Program-made: the position numbers and the translations under genes | Virus record (IMG/VR): IMGVR_UViG_3300002061_000002 | Span: 1 to 32,187 of that record | Length of the DNA stretch: 32,187 nt | Strand: one strand, 5' to 3' | From: a virus | Part shown: piece after piece, positions 1-5,474 of the stretch | Layout of the letters: the number at the start of each line of letters is the position of its first letter | Position numbering within the stretch: position 1 is the first letter of the stretch | Notes under the pieces: generated by a model | Databases searched by the model: none | Told to the model about the DNA's origin: nothing | The model's input: only the letters and a program-made list of their open reading frames with translations

Positions 1-49
1 AATGTGATGGTACGACGGGTCTAGGTAGGCTTTTTTAAAGTGATTGTTA
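1..49. repeat. Terminal direct repeat, left copy, identical to 32139..32187
   Basis: Base-by-base comparison: aatgtgatggtacgacgggtctaggtaggcttttttaaagtgattgtta occurs at both window ends. Confidence 0.97.
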
Positions 50-624
50 AACCACGGGTTACCAATCTTAATGAGGAAGTTATCGGGGTTGTCACCAATC
101 ATACGGTAAATCTTGGCTTCATCGCTGTCGCTAATTAGGCCTGCCTCGTCCATAATCAAGTTAGGACTACCAAACCCCATAGTAGTGGTGGCTGCAAACG
201 TACGTACCTCTCCACCCCTTAAAAAGGTAATGTGGTCACGGCTCCGACGCTGTGTCATTTGCTCGGTTTTGATTGTCTTAGCTTCTACCGCCAGTAACTT
301 GCTGATTACAGGGTCGTTTACGCTAAATTGAATTGCGTAGTCCATGATGATTTGTGCCTGCTCTTTGGTAGGCGCTACAATTACCCACGGCTCACGTTTT
401 GTCGCTGCTCGGATAGCTACACACGCTCCGATAATCATAGACTTACCGTATCGAGTATGTGCCATGATGTGCACCTTTTTCTTTCCGTCTGGTGCCTCAC
501 GGTAAATAATTGGGGTAGCAATATCTATCTGCCCTGGGGTGATGTTTTCGTTTAGGTCGATACCCTCCTTGGTGACAAGGTTAAACGTGCCTAGAATATC
601 TACAATCGGTGTTTTATTTGTCAT
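1..624 (-). CDS. terL: Terminase large subunit, N-terminal ATPase part. The ORF runs off the window start and continues at 32138. The full ORF, 624->1 plus 32138->31323, is 479 aa.
   Basis: Manual translation from the ATG at 624 gives MTNKTPIVDILGTF... It has a Walker A-like AHTRYGKS and a Walker B-like NLIMDEAG. The frame is continuous across the 49-bp overlap. There is an ATGA start/stop overlap with ORF 621..806. Confidence 0.85.
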   Translation of the reverse strand, partial: MTNKTPIVDILGTFNLVTKEGIDLNENITPGQIDIATPIIYREAPDGKKKVHIMAHTRYGKSMIIGACVAIRAATKREPWVIVAPTKEQAQIIMDYAIQFSVNDPVISKLLAVEAKTIKTEQMTQRRSRDHITFLRGGEVRTFAATTTMGFGSPNLIMDEAGLISDSDEAKIYRMIGDNPDNFLIKIGNPWFNNHFKKAYLDPSYHHI

Positions 625-806
625 ACAACAAAAGGTAGCGGTGCATTCTCATAAAATCCATTTTCCTCTGTGATTTTTTCTAACATACCTAACCCCTTGG
701 CCTTTTTCTTTAGTTCTTTCATCTGCCGCGGCGTTAGCACTATGTAGTAAGTACTACTTACAATCATGTCTATAAACATCTTGTCGTACTTAGTTGTTTT
801 GTTCAT
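621..806 (-). CDS. Hypothetical protein (61 aa) immediately upstream of terL
   Basis: ORF-track entry. Its stop overlaps the terL start (ATGA). It sits where small terminases often do, but no motif was recognised. Confidence 0.5.
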   Translation of the reverse strand: MNKTTKYDKMFIDMIVSSTYYIVLTPRQMKELKKKAKGLGMLEKITEENGFYENAPLPFVV

Positions 807-1233
807 ACTTGGCTATTTCATCCTCCATAAACTCCACTTCGGCAGTAGTGAATGTATGGCGGTATTTGTTTAGTAACTTGCGACTAGCTGTGTAGATAAT
901 TGTTTGCATAAGCTGGTTACGCTCTTGCTTGTCTTTTTCTTTCTCTATATCGTCTCGCTCGTCATAGGCACGTACTAGCATTTGGTCAATACGTATATGT
1001 GTTAGTTCGATATGGTTTTTCATGTGCCACCCGCCTAAAGTATTGCCTTTCATAAATAAATCGCTGTCTGAGTCGCGTAGCTGCGCGACTGCCTCTGTAT
1101 GTGCTGTCTGAATACTAAAAGCCGCTACCGCTGCATTGTAAATACACACCTCACCCTGGGGGCTTTGGGCGTGCAAGCTAACAAAGTAGATAGCGGGCTG
1201 GGTTGTTTGTTGTGGCTCGTTAAAACTGAGCAT
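790..1233 (-). CDS. Hypothetical protein with the start re-assigned to ATG 1233 (147 aa). The ORF-track start, GTG 1344, would read through a tRNA-like gene.
   Basis: The open frame is 790..1344. Codons 17-36 of that frame coincide with a complete tRNA-like fold (1235..1293). The first ATG after the fold is at 1233 (MLSFNEPQQ...). Confidence 0.5.
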   Translation of the reverse strand: MLSFNEPQQTTQPAIYFVSLHAQSPQGEVCIYNAAVAAFSIQTAHTEAVAQLRDSDSDLFMKGNTLGGWHMKNHIELTHIRIDQMLVRAYDERDDIEKEKDKQERNQLMQTIIYTASRKLLNKYRHTFTTAEVEFMEDEIAKYEQNN

Positions 1234-1234
1234 A

Positions 1235-1293
1235 CGCGTATGGTGTGAATCGAACACACGCACCAGCGGCTCTACCATCTGAGCTACATACGC
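1235..1293 (-). ncRNA. tRNA-like RNA with no anticodon arm (58 nt plus discriminator)
   Basis: The minus strand reads GCGTATG TA GCTC AGATGGTA GAGC CGCTGGTGC GTGTG TTCGATT CACAC CATACGC G. This gives a perfect 7-bp acceptor stem and a 4-bp D stem with a canonical GG loop. The T stem is a perfect 5 bp with a TTCGATT loop. Only 9 nt sit where the anticodon arm and variable loop belong. Confidence 0.6.
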
Positions 1294-1319
1294 ATATAGG
1301 TTGGCGTTGTGGTGGACTG

Positions 1320-1370
1320 TATATCTCACGCCTAGAGTCTCCACTCTCTACCTATACGTCACTCCTAAGT
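1320..1370 (-). repeat. Two tandem copies of the motif TAGG(A/C)GTGA(C/G)(G/A)TAT. A third copy is at 1681..1698.
   Basis: The minus strand has CTTAGGAGTGACGTATAGG (1351..1370) and CTCTAGGCGTGAGATATAC (about 1320..1338). Compare CTCCTAGAGTGACGTGCGT at 1681..1698. Confidence 0.5.
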
Positions 1371-1387
1371 TTGCCGCCATCTTCCTT

Positions 1388-1404
1388 ACCGGGTCGCGAC
1401 CGGT
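1388..1404 (-). other. Hairpin with a 5-bp stem and 7-nt loop (ACCGG TCGCGAC CCGGT on the minus strand)
   Basis: Inverted repeat read directly from the sequence. It lies between the two tRNA-like genes. Confidence 0.4.
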
Positions 1405-1438
1405 TCGTACACAATGAGTGCTCGCTTATTTATGACTG

Positions 1439-1461
1439 GCTAGCCACGGCTGTAGGCTAGC
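1439..1461 (-). other. Hairpin with a 7-bp stem and 9-nt loop (GCTAGCC ... GGCTAGC)
   Basis: Perfect 7-bp inverted repeat read directly, 3 nt downstream of tRNA-like gene 1465..1549. No U-tract follows. Confidence 0.45.
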
Positions 1462-1464
1462 TTA

Positions 1465-1549
1465 TGGTACACGGCTGAATCGAACAGCATTTCCCGGTTC
1501 AAGTGTGGCCACACGGCCGGGCGTCTTACCAACTTAGACGACTAGTACC
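1465..1549 (-). ncRNA. tRNA-Gln-like RNA with a 12-nt palindrome interrupting the anticodon loop
   Basis: The minus strand reads GGTACTA GT CGTC TAAGTTGGTAA GACG CCCGG CC[GTGTGGCCACAC]TTGAA CCGGG AAAT GCTG TTCGATT CAGC C GTGTACC A. The D arm and anticodon stem resemble bacterial tRNA-Gln. The loop is 19 nt. The acceptor base has mismatches at 6:67 and 7:66, and the T stem at 49:65. Confidence 0.5.
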
Positions 1550-1680
1550 GTACATACCGGGTATAGCGTTGCATATTAGACAATCAACCCCGTAGAGTGT
1601 TTAGCCTGGTCGCTATCGCATATACCTAGTATGTAATGAGGGTTTTGTCCGGATTGTCCCTTATAAAGCGCCTAACAAGT

Positions 1681-1698
1681 ACGCACGTCACTCTAGGA
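1681..1698 (-). repeat. Third copy of the TAG(G)AGTGACGT motif, at the upstream edge of the non-coding island
   Basis: The minus strand has CTCCTAGAGTGACGTGCGT. It shares AGTGACGT plus TAG with the 1351..1370 copy. Confidence 0.45.
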
Positions 1699-1720
1699 GA
1701 AATGTGCCGGGGCGCCGGTA
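1697..1720 (-). terminator. Possible weak intrinsic terminator after ORF 1723..2268
   Basis: The minus strand has TACCGG CGCC CCGGCA followed by CATTTCTCC. The stem is 6 bp including one G-U pair, and the T-tract is modest. It starts 2 nt after the stop codon. Confidence 0.35.
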
Positions 1721-1722
1721 GT

Positions 1723-2268
1723 TTATTCTCCTGTTTCTTCCTCTGCCTTAGCTTTTTCCTCCTCAATTTTCTTTGTAATCTTTTCTCGGTACGCGTCGGT
1801 TACGCCAAACGGCTTACCATTACGCTGCCCCCAGTTCTCTGGGTTGAGTCCGCATTTTTCACAAGCTGTACCCTCCTCGTTTAGGACGTGTTCACAGTTA
1901 GCTCGCATGTGTAGGTTATCGGCCATAGCTTCGTGCCATGCTTTCATTTTGGCCTCCTTTTTCTTGCGGTAAGGTCGTAGTACGGTCATTGCTCGTGCAA
2001 TCGTAGGTACTTTCGGGTCGGTAAGCATTTCGGCTCGAATTTCTACCGCTGCCATCTGACATAGTGCGGTGTACCGTCGCATAAACTCCTCTCCAATTTC
2101 CTGGGCTTGTTTCTGAATATCCTCGTCTAGCTTGCGTAGAGTCTTTTTGTCTGGTTTGTTAGCCCCCGGCATTTCGTAGGTGTGTTTGCGGTCTTGCATT
2201 TCCGCTAAACGGTCGCGGTTGCTTTCTAGTAGTTGGTCGCTCCACCCCTCTTTGTTTTTGTCGGTCAT
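1723..2268 (-). CDS. Hypothetical protein (181 aa), Lys/Glu-rich, with CEHV...CEKC cysteines near the C-terminus
   Basis: ORF track. Tightly packed with its neighbours on the same strand. Confidence 0.65.
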   Translation of the reverse strand: MTDKNKEGWSDQLLESNRDRLAEMQDRKHTYEMPGANKPDKKTLRKLDEDIQKQAQEIGEEFMRRYTALCQMAAVEIRAEMLTDPKVPTIARAMTVLRPYRKKKEAKMKAWHEAMADNLHMRANCEHVLNEEGTACEKCGLNPENWGQRNGKPFGVTDAYREKITKKIEEEKAKAEEETGE

Positions 2269-2273
2269 AGTGT

Positions 2274-2624
2274 TTATATTATATCATCCTTATTTTTCTT
2301 GCGATTGTGTATAAGTTCGCTGCGGCAGTATTTATACAACATCTTTATAAATTCTACGTGTATGTCGCTTACTAAGCGTCGGGCAGTTTCTCTGTCTTCT
2401 ATGCCAAGTGTATTTAATACCATAGTTCGTTCTAACGACTCTTTACCACCATTTGAATATCCTGGGGTAAATCCTACTGTTACTCGTGTGTGGTTGGGTG
2501 AGTTATCGACTGACTGTAAGTTAAAATGTAAGTCACTCATTCCGTATAAGTCTCTATACTTGTCGTATAGCTCCTGTATTTCATACATTAAAGAATCACG
2601 GACTATTTTAGGTGGTGTAAGCAT
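2274..2624 (-). CDS. Hypothetical protein (116 aa)
   Basis: ORF track, co-directional and tightly packed. Confidence 0.65.
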   Translation of the reverse strand: MLTPPKIVRDSLMYEIQELYDKYRDLYGMSDLHFNLQSVDNSPNHTRVTVGFTPGYSNGGKESLERTMVLNTLGIEDRETARRLVSDIHVEFIKMLYKYCRSELIHNRKKNKDDII

Positions 2625-2626
2625 AA

Positions 2627-2812
2627 CTACATAATTTTGTTAAACATTGCGTGTAATTCGCGCCGTAAGACTGTTTCTGATACTTCGGTGCCCTCCCCAG
2701 TGTCCATATTCTCTACCCAAAAACGCTTTTTATAGCGCATAGGGCTGATTCCTATGTTTAGGATTATCACCTCTGGGCTGCCGTGGGGTATTGCGTCGGT
2801 AATTTTTTGCAT
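2627..2812 (-). CDS. Hypothetical protein (61 aa)
   Basis: ORF track. TAG-T-ATG junction with the upstream gene. Confidence 0.55.
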   Translation of the reverse strand: MQKITDAIPHGSPEVIILNIGISPMRYKKRFWVENMDTGEGTEVSETVLRRELHAMFNKIM

Positions 2813-2813
2813 A

Positions 2814-3278
2814 CTATCCAGGAATCATGTTATCGAGCTTTTTAAGTATGCTGTTTAGCGTCTCTCCTGTCTCACCCATAGGGTCGTCACGTTCTACCTC
2901 TTTAGCGTACTCTAGTAGTACTTTTAGGTCTGCCCCTTTACCGTGTTGGATGGTGTTTAGCATTACTGCGTAGATAGCGTCGCCTATCTCACCTTTAAAG
3001 TAGCGGCGTCGTATCTTGCTTACTTTGTTTACGTAATCGTCTGTACGTTTGAATTTACTTAGTCGCGCTTGGTCTATGTTGTGCTCTTTGGCAAACTCTC
3101 CTTGGTTTTCTATCGGGTTATTGTCTGCGTCTTTGAATACTTGCCCCCGTACTGGTGTAGGTAGTGCCATAAACTCACAAAATAGCTCTAGTGTAGCCTC
3201 GTGCTTACTAGTTGTTACAGGCCTTTGTTTTTTGGCTTTTTTTGGTGCTGTTTTCTTTGTGGTTTTTTTTGTTGCCAT
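2814..3278 (-). CDS. Basic DNA-binding-type protein, possible small terminase subunit (154 aa)
   Basis: It has a Lys-rich N-terminus (MATKKTTKKTAPKKAKKQ) and an HTH-like segment (GEFAKEHNIDQARLSKFKR). It is the first gene after the late-type promoter motif and lies upstream of terL. The assignment rests on position and composition only. Confidence 0.35.
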   Translation of the reverse strand: MATKKTTKKTAPKKAKKQRPVTTSKHEATLELFCEFMALPTPVRGQVFKDADNNPIENQGEFAKEHNIDQARLSKFKRTDDYVNKVSKIRRRYFKGEIGDAIYAVMLNTIQHGKGADLKVLLEYAKEVERDDPMGETGETLNSILKKLDNMIPG

Positions 3279-3302
3279 AGTTGATTTATAAGGGTTTTGT
3301 AT

Positions 3303-3338
3303 GTCTTACTATAACACTTAGTAAGTGTACAAAATGTT
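3303..3338 (-). promoter_or_regulatory. Late-type promoter-like region. Minus strand: AACATTTTGTA-N14-TATAGTAAGAC, with extended -10 TGTTATAGT and a 7-bp inverted repeat at 3305..3325.
   Basis: Both 11-mers recur at 31280..31313. The TGnTATAGT element and the CTTACTA/TAGTAAG inverted repeat were read directly. Confidence 0.5.
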
Positions 3339-3856
3339 TACTCTCTACCCCATGTTATACGATTGTCTGTGATATGTACGCGGTCTTGGTTTTTCCAGTC
3401 ATTCTCGTAGTCTGGGTCTGCATAAAGTGTCGGGTATAAATCGGGGGCGTAGTCCTTACCGTCGTCTCTTTGTACAATAATCTCGCCGTCGTCTACGTAC
3501 CTGACGATAGTACTTGGGATTCCTCCATGCCATATCTTTTTACCTACTAGTTGCTCTTTCCAGGCTGGTAAGTTTGGGATTCCAATTAGTTCAAAGTGAC
3601 ATTGCAGTTCGTGTAGCCCCTTACTTAGTAGCATTAGCGCTCTTTCTGGTTTTCTACAAAACTCTTTGAGTACACAGTCTCCGTTAAGGTAGATCATTAC
3701 GTACCCACCTTTGCGGTACTCGTTTCCGCTTATTTCACTTTCTTTTAAATAAGTTTCTGGTTCGTATACCAGTTTCCACTCGGTGTAATGCCCTGCAAAC
3801 GGTATGCCGTTAATTTCGTGTCTACCTGTTTCGTTGTTAAATACAATATTTTTCAT
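3338..3856 (-). CDS. Hypothetical protein (172 aa)
   Basis: ORF track. TAG-T-ATG junction upstream. Confidence 0.7.
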   Translation of the reverse strand: MKNIVFNNETGRHEINGIPFAGHYTEWKLVYEPETYLKESEISGNEYRKGGYVMIYLNGDCVLKEFCRKPERALMLLSKGLHELQCHFELIGIPNLPAWKEQLVGKKIWHGGIPSTIVRYVDDGEIIVQRDDGKDYAPDLYPTLYADPDYENDWKNQDRVHITDNRITWGRE

Positions 3857-3857
3857 A

Positions 3858-4070
3858 CTACCCCTCGCAAGCTACACACACGTTTGGTGCTTTGGTGTCT
3901 GTTTTTTCCTCTGCTAGTAAATCCTCTACTAGTGCTAGTTCTTGTTCTGGTAACCCTCCACCTTGTGAAAAGTCTGCGTGTGCTGCGTTTTCTGCCTCTG
4001 CCAGGCTTTCGGCCTCTACTAGTACTGAGGCTCGGTAGGTTACTTTTGCTGTTACTTCGTAAGTTTTCAT
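3858..4070 (-). CDS. Small acidic hypothetical protein (70 aa)
   Basis: ORF track. Rich in Glu, Ala and Leu. Confidence 0.55.
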   Translation of the reverse strand: MKTYEVTAKVTYRASVLVEAESLAEAENAAHADFSQGGGLPEQELALVEDLLAEEKTDTKAPNVCVACEG

Positions 4071-4075
4071 AGTGT

Positions 4076-4240
4076 TTAATCTACTGGTAATCCTAAGTGA
4101 AATTTAATAGCGTCTTGGCACTCTATGTACCCTTGGTCACGTAAGCCTGCTAGTGTCTTTAGGTCATTTTCGGTGTAAGCTCCGTTTGCGACAATTCTAT
4201 CTAGCATGGCTTTTACTTTGTTTTCTTGGGTAGGTTCCAT
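4076..4240 (-). CDS. Small hypothetical protein (54 aa), not in the ORF track
   Basis: Manual translation gives MEPTQENKVKAMLDRIVANGAYTENDLKTLAGLRDQGYIECQDAIKFHLGLPVD*. It exactly fills the gap between two genes, with a TAG-CC-ATG junction. Confidence 0.5.
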   Translation of the reverse strand: MEPTQENKVKAMLDRIVANGAYTENDLKTLAGLRDQGYIECQDAIKFHLGLPVD

Positions 4241-4242
4241 GG

Positions 4243-4575
4243 CTATTTAGCTAGACTTTTAATTAGTTCGTTCTCTGCAATCTTGGCGGTCATTGCCTGG
4301 TGGTCTTGTAGGCGTTTGGTAGCGTCTTTGGTTGCTGCTTTTAGGGCGTCAAATACGTCTTGCCACCCCTGCATGTATTCTAGGCCTCGTTTGGTAAAAA
4401 CATACTTTTTCGCCTCGGCTGACTCTGGGCTATGTGGTTTAAACTCTACTAGGTTGATGTGCCCGTTCTGGTAGTCGATGTGTACGTTTATGATAGTTTC
4501 TTGCACCTCACCTTGGTGGAAAAAAGCGTATGTTTCTGACGTTCTAATTGATTCTGGTTTTTTCATATTATTCAC
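4243..4575 (-). CDS. Hypothetical protein (110 aa)
   Basis: ORF track. Confidence 0.65.
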   Translation of the reverse strand: MNNMKKPESIRTSETYAFFHQGEVQETIINVHIDYQNGHINLVEFKPHSPESAEAKKYVFTKRGLEYMQGWQDVFDALKAATKDATKRLQDHQAMTAKIAENELIKSLAK

Positions 4576-4813
4576 AGTGTCTAAAAATTTTAATCCCTTG
4601 GCTAGTTGGTACGGCTAGATATTCATAGTTGCCGGGGTCTTGCTCTACGATGGTAAAGTCTCCGTTACCGTTTGTAGGTATTTCACACAGTCCAGTGTGT
4701 TGCTCTACTTCCTCGGCTGGTTCTGTGATGTAGCCCATAACGATGCCTAGGTGAAAGATAGATACCAGGGCGCCAATAGCTATTAGGGCGTATAAACAAG
4801 TTCGTAGTGTCAT
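4568..4813 (-). CDS. Small membrane-anchored protein (81 aa)
   Basis: N-terminal hydrophobic helix LYALIAIGALVSIFHLGIVMGY. Confidence 0.6.
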   Translation of the reverse strand: MTLRTCLYALIAIGALVSIFHLGIVMGYITEPAEEVEQHTGLCEIPTNGNGDFTIVEQDPGNYEYLAVPTSQGIKIFRHCE

Positions 4814-5181
4814 ACTCGAGTAAAGGTTAAAAGATGTAAGTGTATGTGCGTCGGTACTGTACGGTTTTGCATGGTGTTCTCCATGGTGGCGTCGTAGTTC
4901 TCGTTAATATATTCACGTACTACAGCGTCTAGTTCCTCTGCGGCTGCGTCACTTACGTCCTCAAACGAGGTGTACACGTCACGAGGTACGAGCATGTGGT
5001 GGGTGTCTGTAATTGCGTCATATGGGTAGTCGTTCTCTACAATCACCCAGTAATCAAACTCTTTTACGATAGTCACGTAATCTGGGTCACTCAAAAACCC
5101 TACTGGGTACTTTGGTGCGTTCTGGTATCGCTCCCATGTTTCCGGCTTTCGTAGTTTTGTCGGCATACTACTTCTTTCCAT
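4810..5181 (-). CDS. HIT (histidine triad) family protein. The real start may be the second ATG (MPTKLRK).
   Basis: C-terminal HxHxHxx motif PTHIHLHLL. Upstream there is NDYPYD and HHMLVPRDV, as in HIT and Ap4A-phosphorylase-like proteins. Confidence 0.6.
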   Translation of the reverse strand: MERSSMPTKLRKPETWERYQNAPKYPVGFLSDPDYVTIVKEFDYWVIVENDYPYDAITDTHHMLVPRDVYTSFEDVSDAAAEELDAVVREYINENYDATMENTMQNRTVPTHIHLHLLTFTRV

Positions 5182-5184
5182 AGG

Positions 5185-5469
5185 CTATACTCGTTTACGC
5201 TTACCTTGTGCTATGTCGCTTTCGATTTTAGCAAACACTTGGCGTAGTACCTCGGTGTGGTTTGTATCGTCGAGGTTTAGTGTAAGGGTAGTACCGTCCT
5301 GCATGAGGATGGTAGATAGATTTTCTACTACATCTACCGTCTGCCCCTCTTTGTTTACGCGCTGGTCTACCATTTGTCGTGACTCCTGTACTGCAATACC
5401 ACCTAGCTCGGTGACTACTGCGTTTAGTTCGGTGTCTTTTCCGTCTGGTAGTGGGTTTTTAGTTGGCAT
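5185..5469 (-). CDS. Hypothetical protein (94 aa)
   Basis: ORF track. Confidence 0.65.
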   Translation of the reverse strand: MPTKNPLPDGKDTELNAVVTELGGIAVQESRQMVDQRVNKEGQTVDVVENLSTILMQDGTTLTLNLDDTNHTEVLRQVFAKIESDIAQGKRKRV

Positions 5470-5474
5470 ACTTG

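Noticed and set aside
1345-1380. A tmRNA interpretation of the island: tRNA-like ends plus a short tag-like ORF, (M)AANLGVTYR*
   Set aside because: Each tRNA-like element closes its own acceptor stem rather than pairing 5' and 3' ends across the region. There is no G3:U70 alanine identity pair. The peptide does not end in the usual hydrophobic (L/V)AA degron. I could not find the pseudoknot series.
1497-1515. The 12-nt palindrome in the anticodon loop as an archaeal-type (bulge-helix-bulge) tRNA intron
   Set aside because: The unpaired segments (CC and TTGAA) flank the same side of the GTGT/ACAC helix. A BHB needs two 3-nt bulges staggered across a 4-bp helix. The rest of the genome (M23 lysin, holin, DnaD-like organizer) points to a bacterial host.
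1235-1549. The tRNA-like segments as an attP core for integration into a host tRNA gene
   Set aside because: No integrase, recombinase, excision or repressor-switch module could be recognised anywhere in the genome. The small HTH proteins alone are insufficient evidence.
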